Assembly: GCA_965369375.1 (NCBI GenBank) | Contig: CBDUQN010000008.1 | Location: 654 to 64,653, forward strand | DNA from: an uncultured bacterium | Lineage (GTDB): Bacteria > Krumholzibacteriota > Krumholzibacteriia > Krumholzibacteriales > Krumholzibacteriaceae | Direction: 5' to 3' | Length of the DNA: 64,000 nucleotides | Shown here: piece after piece, positions 27,755-37,966 of the stretch | Numbering within the stretch: the first letter of the stretch is position 1 | Layout: the number at the start of each line of letters is the position of its first letter | Notes under the pieces: generated by a model | Told to the model about the DNA's origin: nothing | The model's input: the letters and a program-made list of their open reading frames with translations, nothing else | Database searches by the model: none | Position numbers and translations under genes: made by a program

Positions 27755-27867
27755 TCGCGTGGGCGCCTCACGGCTGCGGAGCGAGACGGCGGCGATATGC
27801 ATGCTCTACCGGATCCTCGCCGGTGGCTGATCGCGTGGGCGCCTCACGGCTGCGGAGCGAGACGGCG
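27689..27867. repeat. Perfect 76-bp tandem repeat, 2.36 copies, spanning the rsmE stop codon
   Basis: 27689-27764 equals 27765-27840 (76/76). 27841-27867 repeats the first 27 nt. The unit contains the last 21 rsmE codons plus TGA (27752-27754) plus 10 nt. Confidence 0.97.
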
Positions 27868-27897
27868 TTGACATCGATAGCAAGGGGTGCGTATACT
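27868..27897 (+). promoter_or_regulatory. Candidate sigma70-type promoter of the yqeY-cvpA(-mutS2) genes
   Basis: TTGACA (27868-27873), 18-nt spacer, TATACT (27892-27897). It begins exactly where the third partial repeat copy ends. Confidence 0.5.
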
Positions 27898-27936
27898 GCC
27901 CGTATCATTTCAGATCGCTGAAGAAAAGAGGGCTCG

Positions 27937-28395
27937 ATGGAAAGAAACGTCATCACGAAGAAGATCTATGACGATATGAAATCGGCCATGAAGGCCGGTG
28001 AGAAGGAAAAGGTTATCACCTTGAGGATGCTTATCAGCGAGCTCAAGAACGCCCAGATTGCCCAGGGTGAGGAGCTCGAGAGGGAAAAGGAGATAGCGGT
28101 GCTCTCGAGTTACGTCCGCCGCTGCAAGGAATCGGTCGAGGAGTTCGGGAAGGGGGGAAGGGAAGACCTCGTAGCGAAGACGCGGGCCGAACTCGAAGTC
28201 GTCACCGCGTACATGCCGGAGCAATTCGGTGAAGACGAGATCGAAGGCGAGGTGGAAAAAATCATAGAAGAGCTCGGAGCATCAGGACCGAGGGACATGG
28301 GACGCGTTATGGGAGAGATGATGAAGCGGTTCAAGGGTCGTGTCGACGGGCGCGCCGTCAACACGATCGTTTCCAAACTGCTGCAGAACGGGTAG
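27937..28395 (+). CDS. GatB/YqeY domain protein
   Basis: 152 aa; KKIYDDMKSAMKAGEKEKVITLRMLISELKNA is typical of YqeY. Confidence 0.85.
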   Translation: MERNVITKKIYDDMKSAMKAGEKEKVITLRMLISELKNAQIAQGEELEREKEIAVLSSYVRRCKESVEEFGKGGREDLVAKTRAELEVVTAYMPEQFGEDEIEGEVEKIIEELGASGPRDMGRVMGEMMKRFKGRVDGRAVNTIVSKLLQNG

Positions 28396-28406
28396 GTGAT
28401 AAGATT

Positions 28407-28994
28407 ATGAATATCATCATCGATGCAGTGATCGTTATTTTAATCGTCTTCTACTTTATTTCCGGGACACGAAGGGGCTTGATCCGTCAGGTCCTCGATA
28501 TCGTCGGGATCATAGCGGCTTTTATCGGGGCGTTCTACTTCGCGGGACACCTGGCGACATACTTCGATCAGAGGTTCAACGTGCCGCACCAGGCCGCTTT
28601 GGTCATTTCGGCGATCATCATATTCGTCGGCATATTGCTCCTGTTCAATCTGCTCGGCATCTCGTTTCAGAAGATTTCGAAGGTCACTCTTCTCAGCCCT
28701 CTCGATCGATTCGGCGGGGGGCTCTTCGGCGCTTTCAAGGGCGTGCTGCTCGTGAGCCTCTTCCTCGTGATTCTCCTGAATATACCGTTACCTGATAAGT
28801 TCAAGGCCGAACTGCGCCGCGACCGTCTCGTCGCCGTGATCTATCCTGTTCTTCCGAGGGTTTTCGATTTCATTCTTTCACGCACCCGTGTTGATCTCGA
28901 TTACTGGTCGGGGCGGGTGAGGGATATCAAGAAAGCCAAGGATCACATCAAGAATGTCGAAGGGCAGCTCAGAGAAGGGCAGCGGGAAGCGTGA
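28407..28994 (+). CDS. cvpA: CvpA family membrane protein
   Basis: MNIIIDAVIVILIVFYFISGTRRGLIRQVLDIVGII and four TM segments. Confidence 0.8.
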   Translation: MNIIIDAVIVILIVFYFISGTRRGLIRQVLDIVGIIAAFIGAFYFAGHLATYFDQRFNVPHQAALVISAIIIFVGILLLFNLLGISFQKISKVTLLSPLDRFGGGLFGAFKGVLLVSLFLVILLNIPLPDKFKAELRRDRLVAVIYPVLPRVFDFILSRTRVDLDYWSGRVRDIKKAKDHIKNVEGQLREGQREA

Positions 28995-29050
28995 GTTCCG
29001 GGATGATGGGAATCCGGTGACCGTAACATTTCGAACCGTTTAATAATCCT

Positions 29051-31453
29051 ATGAAAGCACGTATGACGGAAGAATCGTTTCCCGCTCTTGTCGCCGAGTT
29101 CGAGCATGCAGCGCGCAAACTGGAATTCGATTCGGTGCTCGGCCTCATCGCCGGTTTCCTGAAGTCCGAAAGAGCGGCACAGCGGCTTTTCTCGATCAAC
29201 AGGCATTATGACACCGACGAGGTTGAAATGAGCCAGGGGGAGATTTCCGAGCTTATCGCCGTGCGGGAGGGGGGGGAGGATCTGCCGCTCTCGGGGTGGT
29301 TTGACAGCTTTTCGCTCATCGAGAGGATCAATGCAGCGGGCATGGTTGCCGCGAGTGAGGAGATATACCGCATTGCGGCCGGGGAAAAAACGGCTCGCGA
29401 TGCTTGTCGGTTCCTGACGAAACGGCCCGAGCTCATGCCCCTTCTTTCACGCCACCTCGATGAATTCACGATTCACGAAGAGCTCGTACGCAGAGTCTCC
29501 GGGGCGATAGGTTCCGATTTCGAGATCCTCGATTCCGCGAGCAGGGAGCTGGCCCGGATTCGAAAGCAGAGCAACGCATTGAGGGACAGATTGCGGGGAC
29601 AGTTCTCGCGGTTCGCCTCTAGAATGGGAAGCGGGAAAGGGTACGAGTTCGTTACGGTGAGGGGAGAGCGCTACGTTGTCTCTCTCCCTCGCAGCGAAGC
29701 GGCCCGCATCAAGGGCATCGTTCATCAGGAGAGCGCCAGTGGCGCCTCGCTCTATGTCGAGCCCCTCGAATTCGTTGAGGAAAATAACAGGCTCGAATCG
29801 TACCACGAAGAAGAACGCAGAGAGGTGGAGCGGATACTTGCGGAACTGACTGCTCTGATTTTCGAGCGGAGAGAAGAACTTCTCGCCAACCAGGATACGC
29901 TTCTCCTGCTCGATTGCGTGGCGGCCAAGGCATCGTTCGCCGCGCGCTTCAATTGCATTCGGCCCGCTCACAGCAGCGACGGGACGCTTGTCCTCAAAGA
30001 TGCGAGGCATCCCCTGCTCGAAAGGAAACTCGCAGAGCAGCAGCAGAGAATCGAACCGCTCAATATACGGTGTGAACCGGAGCTCAAGGCGCTCGTCATA
30101 TCGGGTCCGAATGCGGGAGGCAAGACGGTAACGATCAAAACGATCGGTCTCTTCATCATGATGGACCGCGCAGGCTTTCTCGTCCCCTGCCGGGATGGAA
30201 CCGTTATCCCCGATTACGACAAGGTGTTCGTTGACATTGGTGACGACCAATCGATAGAGAAATCGCTCAGCACCTTTTCATCCCGCATTGTTAGAATGAA
30301 GAAGATTCTCGGCCTCGTCGACGGAAAGTCACTCGTACTCGTGGACGAAATCGGGGACGGTACGGATCCCGAGGAAGGCGCCGCGCTTGCCGAAGCGATC
30401 CTCGACCGACTGACTGCGGCAGGCGGCAGAACGATCGTGACCACACACCTGCGTTCGCTCAAAGGGTGGGCGCACGAGAGAGCGGGGGCGAGAAACGCGA
30501 CACTAGCATTCGATCCCGACCGGCTCGAGCCGCTCTACGAACTGAGAATGGGGGTTCCCGGCAGAAGCTGGGGTATCGAGATGGCCGGACGGTTCGGTCT
30601 CGACGCGGACCTCGTCGAGAAGGCGCGAAGCGGAATGGGAAAGAGCGCGCTGAGGCTCGAAGAGCTGCTCGCTCATCTGGAGAAGACGGAGCGGATCGTG
30701 AATGATAAGCGCGACGAGCTCGTAGAGAAAGAAGATCTTCTGTCGAGCCTCATCGAGCGGTATCAGGGCAAGATGGATCGCTTCAGCAGGAATCGCGACG
30801 AGATGGTCGAGACGGCGAGGAAGGAAGCGCTGGATATCGTCTCTTCAACGAGAAGGGAGATGGAGAATCTCATCCGGGAGATTCGTTCGACACAGGCCGA
30901 GCGCCGGGCGATACGGGAGGCCCATGAGCGAATAAAAAGCAGCAAGGAGGATATCGAGGAGAAGCTCGAAGCGGAGAAGCCAAGAGCGCGCGTGAGGCCC
31001 GAGGATCTGAGACCGGGAGTCTATGCGGAGATAACGAGTATCGGCAAGATCGGCAAAGTACTGTCCATCGATAGCGATTCCCGTGTCTTTCTGGAACTCG
31101 AGGGCGGATTGCGTGTTGAAACGAAAGTCGAAGATCTCGCGCCGGCTGAGAATGCCGGGAAGAAAAGATCCAGCGGCGGCGTAACTTGGTCGACTCCGTC
31201 TTATGAACCCGTTCTCGGAGAGCTCATGGTGAGGGGGCTGGAACGTCAGGAAGCGCTCGAGAAGACCGATGCGTTCATAGACAGGGCGGTTTTGCAGGAA
31301 TTGCGGACGGTGACCATTATCCATGGCGTGGGCAAGGGAATTCTCAAACGAGCAATATACGACATGTTGAAAAAGGATCCGCGTGTCGAAAGTGTTCGAC
31401 CGGGCGAGCCGGCGCGCGGCGGAGATGGTGTGGTGGTCGTGACGCTGAAGTAG
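29051..31453 (+). CDS. mutS2: Endonuclease MutS2
   Basis: 800 aa with Walker A GPNAGGKT, DEIGDGTDP and a C-terminal Smr domain (IIHGVGKGILK). Confidence 0.93.
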   Translation: MKARMTEESFPALVAEFEHAARKLEFDSVLGLIAGFLKSERAAQRLFSINRHYDTDEVEMSQGEISELIAVREGGEDLPLSGWFDSFSLIERINAAGMVAASEEIYRIAAGEKTARDACRFLTKRPELMPLLSRHLDEFTIHEELVRRVSGAIGSDFEILDSASRELARIRKQSNALRDRLRGQFSRFASRMGSGKGYEFVTVRGERYVVSLPRSEAARIKGIVHQESASGASLYVEPLEFVEENNRLESYHEEERREVERILAELTALIFERREELLANQDTLLLLDCVAAKASFAARFNCIRPAHSSDGTLVLKDARHPLLERKLAEQQQRIEPLNIRCEPELKALVISGPNAGGKTVTIKTIGLFIMMDRAGFLVPCRDGTVIPDYDKVFVDIGDDQSIEKSLSTFSSRIVRMKKILGLVDGKSLVLVDEIGDGTDPEEGAALAEAILDRLTAAGGRTIVTTHLRSLKGWAHERAGARNATLAFDPDRLEPLYELRMGVPGRSWGIEMAGRFGLDADLVEKARSGMGKSALRLEELLAHLEKTERIVNDKRDELVEKEDLLSSLIERYQGKMDRFSRNRDEMVETARKEALDIVSSTRREMENLIREIRSTQAERRAIREAHERIKSSKEDIEEKLEAEKPRARVRPEDLRPGVYAEITSIGKIGKVLSIDSDSRVFLELEGGLRVETKVEDLAPAENAGKKRSSGGVTWSTPSYEPVLGELMVRGLERQEALEKTDAFIDRAVLQELRTVTIIHGVGKGILKRAIYDMLKKDPRVESVRPGEPARGGDGVVVVTLK

Positions 31454-31465
31454 GAGAGGGCCGGT

Positions 31466-33253
31466 ATGATTCCAGAGAAGGTAATAGATGATATACGGGA
31501 TCGAACCGATATCGCGCAAGTGATCGGTTCGCTGATCGATTTGAAGAAGGCGGGGAGGAACTTCAAGGCTCTCTGTCCCTTTCATGGCGAGAAAACTCCC
31601 AGTTTCATCGTGAGTCCCGAGAAGCAGATCTATCACTGCTTCGGGTGTGGCAAGGGAGGGAATGTATTTCACTTCCTTATGGAATTCGAAGGGGTAAGCT
31701 TCGTCGAAACGGTCAGGCGGCTGGGAAAAGAGCTGGGGATCGAGGTCGACCGCTATATCAAGGGCGGCGAAACCAGAGAGAAGCTCGACCCATACTACCG
31801 CGCAATGGAATGGGCGGCCCGGTACTACTCGAACGTGCTCAAATCGAGCAGCGCAGCGCAGCGGGCGTTGAGGTATCTGCGGGACAGGGAGATAGACGAT
31901 GATCTCATCGAGCGGTTCGGTCTCGGATTCGCCCCATCGGGGTGGGATAACTTCTACCGTGCGGCAACGGATGCGGGAATATCGCGTGACATACTCTCCG
32001 AGCTGAATCTCATAATGCGGAGCCGCAGCGGGAGTGGCTATCGTGACTACTTCAGGAATAGAATAATTTTTCCGATAGCGACCCTTTCAAACCGTACCGT
32101 TGGGCTCGCCGGCCGGGTTCTCGATAAGGCGGAACCGAAATATTTGAATACGATGGAGAGCCCTATATACTCAAAAGGAAGAATCCTTTACGGTTTGAAT
32201 CACGCCAAAGACCATATCAGAAAGAGCGAAACGGCTATAATAGTAGAAGGATACATGGATTACTTGATGTTATGGCGCAAGGGATTGACCAATCTATCTG
32301 CCGTTTGTGGGACATCGCTGACAGAAGATCAGGCCCGACTCCTTGCACGATATGCAAATCGTGTATATATTATCAATGATGGAGACAGGGCTGGTATGAG
32401 AGCGGCCGTCCGGGCGGCGGATCAGTTCCTCGTCGAGGGAGTGGATGCTCAGATCGTTGTTTTGCCTGAAGGTGATGACCCTGACAGTTACGTACGAAAA
32501 AAAGGAGCAGATGGTTTAATCGAGATGATGAACGCTGCTCCTTCCTATTTTGAATATCTGAGAGCCGAGGCGGATTCCGGCACGAGGAGGACGTACCGGA
32601 AGGGCCAGGTTATCAAACACTTGCTCGAGACTGTTTCCAGAGTCCCGGATGGTGTCGGCAGAGAGCTGTATCTGCAGGAAATTTCCAGGCTCTTCGAGGT
32701 CCCGGTCGGAACTCTGCGCTCCGGGCTCAAGGAACCGAAGCGCTCCAAGCGGCCCGCACCGCCAGAGAAACTCCATGACAGCCAGAGGGAAAAATTCCAG
32801 AAGCAGGTTTTCCGCATAGGCTTGGACGATAACAGGTATGCCCGGATGATCCTGGACAATCTCATCGAGGCGGATATCAAAGGTTCGCTCTATAGACAAT
32901 ATTACAAAGCGCTTGACTTGGCGTTAAAAAACAACATTGATATAAAAAGTCAGGATTTCATAGGGTCCCAATCGGATCCCGATTTGTGCAATCTGGCTTC
33001 GGAAATCGCGTTGATGGAAGCGCCTCCGGGCCCGACCGATCGGTTTTTGGCCGACACCCTGATTTGGCTCAAAAAGGCCGCGCTCAAGGCCGAGATGAGT
33101 CTCATGAAAAAACGGCTCATCGAGCTCGAGTCGCAGCGAAAGGGTGAACGGGACAGGGAGGAGGTTGAGATCGCGGAGGCATACCGGAAGGTAGCCAGGG
33201 AACTCAAGAAATTGGGTCTCAAGGAGGTCAACCAGCCTGATGGATCTCGATAA
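31466..33253 (+). CDS. dnaG: DNA primase
   Basis: Zinc-binding [11 protein letters not shown]...HCFGCGKGG, and TOPRIM residues EGYMD and INDGDRAG. Confidence 0.95.
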   Translation: MIPEKVIDDIRDRTDIAQVIGSLIDLKKAGRNFKALCPFHGEKTPSFIVSPEKQIYHCFGCGKGGNVFHFLMEFEGVSFVETVRRLGKELGIEVDRYIKGGETREKLDPYYRAMEWAARYYSNVLKSSSAAQRALRYLRDREIDDDLIERFGLGFAPSGWDNFYRAATDAGISRDILSELNLIMRSRSGSGYRDYFRNRIIFPIATLSNRTVGLAGRVLDKAEPKYLNTMESPIYSKGRILYGLNHAKDHIRKSETAIIVEGYMDYLMLWRKGLTNLSAVCGTSLTEDQARLLARYANRVYIINDGDRAGMRAAVRAADQFLVEGVDAQIVVLPEGDDPDSYVRKKGADGLIEMMNAAPSYFEYLRAEADSGTRRTYRKGQVIKHLLETVSRVPDGVGRELYLQEISRLFEVPVGTLRSGLKEPKRSKRPAPPEKLHDSQREKFQKQVFRIGLDDNRYARMILDNLIEADIKGSLYRQYYKALDLALKNNIDIKSQDFIGSQSDPDLCNLASEIALMEAPPGPTDRFLADTLIWLKKAALKAEMSLMKKRLIELESQRKGERDREEVEIAEAYRKVARELKKLGLKEVNQPDGSR

Positions 33254-34988
33254 GATCGAAGAGGTTCTAATCGACATCAAGAAGCGGTCCGATGACAAGG
33301 GCTATATTCTCAATGAGGAGATAGATGAGCTCATCGGGGATGAGTTCGAGGCCGATGACATCGTTCAGCTCTACAACCGCCTCAGCGATGAGAAGATCGA
33401 TTACTTCGATTCTGCGGAAAAAGCACGCATGAAGATGGAAGCGCTGAAAAAGAGAGAGCAAAAAGAGGCGAAGAAATCGGAAGAGATGATTGCGACGTCG
33501 ATCAGGTATGACGATCCCGTTCGAATGTACCTGAGAGAGATGGGCAAAGTGCCGCTGCTCAATCGCGAGGGCGAGATCAGTATCGCCAAGCGGATCGAGT
33601 CGGGGCATCTGCAGATTTCGCAGGCGGTATTCAGTCTCAATGCGACTACCAGGGAGCTGAAGCGATACCTCGAGAAACTCGAGATGGGAACGATGCGCCT
33701 CGAAGATCTGATACAGATCGAGGGAGGCGGGCTTCATCCCCATTACTCGGGAAAGAAAGAGATCAAGAAGTATATCAACATTCTGAAGCGAATGATCAAG
33801 CTTCGAGAGAATATATTCGAGCTCCAAGGAAGAGCGAGAAAGAAATTGAGCAAAAAGAACGGGGCTCTCGTTCAACGCCAGATTTCGCGCAGGGCCAAGA
33901 AGCTCCAGGAGGAATACCGGAAGATAAAACTGCATCCGGGCCAGCTCGAAAACCTTGTCGACAAGATCAAGGAGATCCTGGCGAGGATCGAAAAACACAA
34001 GAAGCAAATCGCGGAATATGAGAGCTTTATCGGGATGAATGCGGATGAGATCAACAATGCGATAAAGATCCTGAGCGGCCGGAGCAAGGAAAAGGCGAAG
34101 CTCAAGAAAAAGCTCAAGTGGTCGGCTCAGAATCTCAAGGATTTTTCCGCCAAGATCAAGACGCTCGAGAAAACCTGCAGCGGGATAGAGACAAAGGAGG
34201 GCGTGAAGTACGATTCGGTCACGGTGATCGTTCAGGATATCCAGCACGGCGAGAGAAGCTCGCAGAGGGCGAAGCAGGAGATGATCGAGGCGAATGTTCG
34301 CCTCGTGATTTCCATCGCCAAGCGATATACGAACCGGGGGCTCGAGTTTCTCGACCTCATCCAGGAGGGCAACAGCGGCCTTATGCGGGCGGTGGACAAG
34401 TTCGATTATAGAAAAGGATACAAATTCAGCACCTATGCCACCTGGTGGATCAGACAGGCGATAACGCGGGCGATCGCGGATCAGGCGAGAACGATCAGGG
34501 TGCCCGTTCACATGATCGAAGCGATCAACAAGGTGTCACGCACACAGCGGAAACTGATCCAGGAGTTCGGCAGGGAGCCGACCCCGGAGGAAGTCGCCCG
34601 TCGTTTGGACTATCCCGTCGGGAAAGTGAAGAGTGTGATGAAGGCTAGTATGGAGCCGATCTCGCTCGACCGCCCGATCGGCGAGGACGACGACAGCAAC
34701 CTGAGCGATTTCATCGAAGACACCTCGGCCTCTTCACCCGATCAGACCGCCGCCCATTCGATTCTCAAGGACCAGGTGTCGAAGGTTCTCGCAACGCTCA
34801 CGAAACGCGAGGAGAAGGTTGTGCGGCTCCGCTTCGGTCTCGGCGACGGAACGCCGCGAACACTCGAGGAGGTCGGCACGATCTTCAACGTGACGCGCGA
34901 AAGGGTCCGGCAGATCGAGGCAAAGGCGTTGCGTAAGCTTATGCATCCGAGCAGAAGTAGAAAGCTGAAAGGCTACATAGATATATAA
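33240..34988 (+). CDS. rpoD: RNA polymerase primary sigma factor RpoD
   Basis: Region 2 [52 protein letters not shown] and region 4.2 [17 protein letters not shown]. 14-nt overlap with dnaG. Confidence 0.96.
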   Translation: MDLDKIEEVLIDIKKRSDDKGYILNEEIDELIGDEFEADDIVQLYNRLSDEKIDYFDSAEKARMKMEALKKREQKEAKKSEEMIATSIRYDDPVRMYLREMGKVPLLNREGEISIAKRIESGHLQISQAVFSLNATTRELKRYLEKLEMGTMRLEDLIQIEGGGLHPHYSGKKEIKKYINILKRMIKLRENIFELQGRARKKLSKKNGALVQRQISRRAKKLQEEYRKIKLHPGQLENLVDKIKEILARIEKHKKQIAEYESFIGMNADEINNAIKILSGRSKEKAKLKKKLKWSAQNLKDFSAKIKTLEKTCSGIETKEGVKYDSVTVIVQDIQHGERSSQRAKQEMIEANVRLVISIAKRYTNRGLEFLDLIQEGNSGLMRAVDKFDYRKGYKFSTYATWWIRQAITRAIADQARTIRVPVHMIEAINKVSRTQRKLIQEFGREPTPEEVARRLDYPVGKVKSVMKASMEPISLDRPIGEDDDSNLSDFIEDTSASSPDQTAAHSILKDQVSKVLATLTKREEKVVRLRFGLGDGTPRTLEEVGTIFNVTRERVRQIEAKALRKLMHPSRSRKLKGYIDI

Positions 34989-35069
34989 AATCATTGAAGC
35001 CGACGACCGGCACGTGGTACGGTCGCGGCCGGAAATTCGATCTGCACCGAAAACACTGACAGTGCGAGT

Positions 35070-35144
35070 GGGCCCATAGCTCAGTGGTAGAGCTCCCGGC
35101 TCATAACCGGTCGGTCCCAGGTTCGAATCCTGGTGGGCCCACCA
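35070..35144 (+). tRNA. tRNA with CAT anticodon (elongator Met, or tRNA-Ile2 read via lysidine), CCA encoded
   Basis: Cloverleaf GGGCCCA / TGGGCCC acceptor, D arm GCTC-AGTGGTA-GAGC, anticodon loop CTCATAA (CAT at 35102-35104) and T arm CCAGG-TTCGAAT-CCTGG. G1:C72 argues against an initiator. C4:G69 and C5:G68 resemble, as I recall them, the E. coli tRNA-Ile2 determinants for TilS, so Ile2 is a real possibility. Confidence 0.9.
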
Positions 35145-35217
35145 GCGATTCTCATTTCACAGGTAACGTATCGCTTACTTTCACTCGTCTTGCAGAACAA
35201 AGGAGCAAGGGGGATTC

Positions 35218-35685
35218 ATGTTTCTGGTACTCGTAAGGCATGGAGAGGCCGTATCGAAGGAGGCGGATCCCGAGCGGCCGCTTGCCGAGCATGCTTGGGC
35301 GGAAGTCCGCAAGGTCGCCGCATTTATCGCAAGTCAGCAGGATCTATCGATTGGGAGGATACTGCACAGCGGTAAAACGAGGGCGCTGCAAACGGCGGAG
35401 GCGATGTCGGAGTTCCTGAAGCCGCCGGATGGTTTCGAAGAGACGGGAAATCTCAATCCCCTCGACAATCCGGAAATTTGGGCGGGGCGGATCAAAGAGA
35501 TGGAAGAGGATGTCATGCTCGTCGGGCACCTTCCCTTTCTGAACCGTCTCTTCTGCCGGCTTCTGGATATAGATGATGATAATCCGGTACTGGCTTTTGT
35601 TCCTGCGGCCGCAGCGTGTCTCGAAAGATTCGAATCGGGAAAATGGTTTTTGCACTGGATGGTCGTGCCGCAGATTCTCCCCTAG
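35218..35685 (+). CDS. sixA: Phosphohistidine phosphatase SixA (histidine phosphatase superfamily)
   Basis: 155 aa with an N-terminal LVLVRHGEA motif and HSGKTRALQTAE. Confidence 0.7.
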   Translation: MFLVLVRHGEAVSKEADPERPLAEHAWAEVRKVAAFIASQQDLSIGRILHSGKTRALQTAEAMSEFLKPPDGFEETGNLNPLDNPEIWAGRIKEMEEDVMLVGHLPFLNRLFCRLLDIDDDNPVLAFVPAAAACLERFESGKWFLHWMVVPQILP

Positions 35686-35727
35686 ATCGAGTATGTATAT
35701 GTTTCGAATCACCAACCGTTGATCGCC

Positions 35728-36192
35728 ATGTTGAGTATTCATAACGCGGAAACCGAACCCGATCTCGCTGAGGCGAAAAAGCTCTTTGAGGAGTACGCCG
35801 AATCACTCGACTTCGATCTCTGTTTTCAGGATTTCGATAGAGAACTTGAAGGGCTGCCGGGCGATTATGAGCAGCCCGAAGGTGTCCTGCTTATAGCAAT
35901 TTCCGATGGGGCGATTGCCGGGTGTGTGGCGCTGAGAAAGATCGAGAGCCGTATATGTGAGATGAAGCGGCTCTATGTAAGGCAATCGCACCGCGGGAAG
36001 GGGATAGGGAAAGGGCTCGCCGAGACCGTCATAGATGAAGCGCGCCGAATCGGATATCGATCGATGAGGCTCGATACCGTTCCCGGCATGATCGCGGCAA
36101 CCGAACTGTATCGCTCGCTCGGTTTCTGCGAGATCGAGGCGTACCGGCTCAATCCCATCGAAGGGGCCCTCTATTTCGAGCTGAAACTGTGA
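35728..36192 (+). CDS. GNAT family N-acetyltransferase
   Basis: Motif A RLYVRQSHRGKGIGKGL. About 155 aa. TTG 35719 is an alternative start. Confidence 0.8.
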   Translation: MLSIHNAETEPDLAEAKKLFEEYAESLDFDLCFQDFDRELEGLPGDYEQPEGVLLIAISDGAIAGCVALRKIESRICEMKRLYVRQSHRGKGIGKGLAETVIDEARRIGYRSMRLDTVPGMIAATELYRSLGFCEIEAYRLNPIEGALYFELKL

Positions 36193-36212
36193 ACATTCCG
36201 TGGATCGCCGTT

Positions 36213-37514
36213 TTACCGTAAGATGAGTCTGCGTATCCCACCGATCTTGCGGAACTCCCGGTCGACAATCCAGAGGTAGAAGAGGAACGTCGGCACCGCT
36301 TTAAAAGAGTGGTGCAGAATAGTGAGCGGCGTCGACCAGAACTCCTGCGGATTGGAGCTCGCCGGGATATCGTAGAGATAGAAAGGCGTCGGAACGGCGC
36401 AGAGGACGAAGAGTACAAGAACGATCTTCGATCGTGTCCGCAGATAGTGGGCGACGAAGAGCGGAATGAGCATCACGTAGTGATACTCCCAGATGTCCTT
36501 GAAGACGAGGAAAAAGGTCAGAGTCCAGAGTGTTATATTTGCCAGGGGATCGATTCGCTTCTGCCTGATCGTGATCAGAAAGGTCACCAGGACGATCATG
36601 GCGAGGGACAGGAGCAGCGGAAGGTTTCTCGGCGCCACGTCGAAAAACCCAACCTGCACCAAATCGGTTTTTAGGAAGGGCAGCAAATGATTGTATGTTT
36701 CGCGCAAGAGACCGTTGAACCCGAATGTTCCTCCGGTCACGTGTGAAGGGAGGGGACGGAAGTTCAGATGAAGGAACCATCTGAAATCCTTGGGATGGTA
36801 GAGGAAATAGGGCATTGAAGTCAGCACGGCCGTCCCGATACCGGCCAGGGCGAGTTTTTTCTTTCCCATCTTGAAAAAGGTCAACGTATATATTGCGGTA
36901 AAGCTTTTGAGCAAAATGCTGAAAACCCAAGAAACGGACGATCGCCGGGTAACCGGCGCGTCCTCCGGGTATGATTCCTGTTTGAGATACGGGTAGAGAA
37001 TGAGAAAGATAAAGAACGACATCGTGAAACAGAACTGGCCCATATAGAGCTCGATGTAGAGCGGAGAGTAGAGGAGCCAGAATGCGGAGACTGCTATGGC
37101 AAGCGAGCCGAACATGTATCTCAGCCGCACCGTCAGGACGACGCAGATTGCGAGCAGGATCTCATTTATCACAATCCATAACCAGTATGCGGGCCATGGT
37201 TTGATCACCCGCGCGACGATCGAAGAGATGTATGAAGTGAATGGAAGGTACCGGTAGAAGTGGTAGTAGGGGACGACGACCGAATTCGGGGCTTTATAGT
37301 TCTGATTAGCGTAAATGCTTTCGCCGTTGTTCAGGTTCACTCCGGCCTGATAAATACCGAAAAAGGGACCACCCTGACCTTTTGCGTGTGTCGTAATGTA
37401 GAAGAGCGGATTGAGAAACTGGGAGTGGAGCGATATGAGAAAGATCACATGCACACATAACGCAAGTGCCAGAAGGATCGCAATCCTGCGGGATCCGTGA
37501 GAGTCGGATTTCAT
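36213..37514 (-). CDS. Polytopic membrane protein, probable GT-C glycosyltransferase (GT87/DUF2029-like)
   Basis: 433 aa with more than 10 TM segments. The N-terminal loop GIYQAGVNLNNGESIYA...YHFYRYLPF resembles the DUF2029 signature. Assignment is from recalled family features. Confidence 0.45.
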   Translation of the reverse strand: MKSDSHGSRRIAILLALALCVHVIFLISLHSQFLNPLFYITTHAKGQGGPFFGIYQAGVNLNNGESIYANQNYKAPNSVVVPYYHFYRYLPFTSYISSIVARVIKPWPAYWLWIVINEILLAICVVLTVRLRYMFGSLAIAVSAFWLLYSPLYIELYMGQFCFTMSFFIFLILYPYLKQESYPEDAPVTRRSSVSWVFSILLKSFTAIYTLTFFKMGKKKLALAGIGTAVLTSMPYFLYHPKDFRWFLHLNFRPLPSHVTGGTFGFNGLLRETYNHLLPFLKTDLVQVGFFDVAPRNLPLLLSLAMIVLVTFLITIRQKRIDPLANITLWTLTFFLVFKDIWEYHYVMLIPLFVAHYLRTRSKIVLVLFVLCAVPTPFYLYDIPASSNPQEFWSTPLTILHHSFKAVPTFLFYLWIVDREFRKIGGIRRLILR

Positions 37515-37651
37515 CGATGTGAATAGGGAATCTTAGCAGTTTTCCCTCTACTCGGCACCCCCCCCTGATCGCTTGAAGTGGTATCATTTGCTGTTATCTC
37601 ATACCCTACCAGAGCGTTTATTATACCAGATTGCCAACGTGATAGTCAACA

Positions 37652-37695
37652 ACCTTGACGGTACGACCTTGACGGTACAACATCGGTACAACATA
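37652..37695. repeat. Two adjoining short tandem duplications: 14-bp x2 (13/14) and 11-bp x2 (10/11)
   Basis: accttgacggtacg / accttgacggtaca (37652-37679), overlapping ggtacaacatc / ggtacaacata (37674-37695). Each 14-mer contains TTGACG. Confidence 0.9.
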
Positions 37696-37966
37696 ACTTC
37701 TTGTTTGATAGATAGATAAAGACTCTCTGGCGCGGCCTCACATATTTGGCTATATTGATACCTGAAGGTCAATACGGGCTAAACAGGCCCGAAGCTTGCG
37801 GTTACTTCCCTGCTGTTACGCAACTTGTGAATTTTCATCGCTCGCAGTGACATGCGTGGGCGAGAGCATCTTTTTTGTATACAATAGATTAGAGGCGCGT
37901 ATCGGCTTTTTTCACCCGCGTCGAGGCCACCGGCGACACAATATTTTTGCACTAGCGGAGGTTAAA

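Noticed and set aside
27689-27867. The layout of a 27-nt repeat separated by 49-nt 'spacers' superficially resembles a mini CRISPR array.
   Set aside because: The two 'spacers' are identical to each other, and the repeat is part of the rsmE coding sequence. It is a plain 76-bp tandem duplication. There are no cas genes or leader in the window.
34995-35030. A GC-rich hairpin (GCCGACGACCG...CGGTCGCGGC) after rpoD, as a terminator.
   Set aside because: No T tract follows. It more likely serves as a processing or stability element, or is nothing, and the tRNA 40 nt downstream may be co-transcribed.
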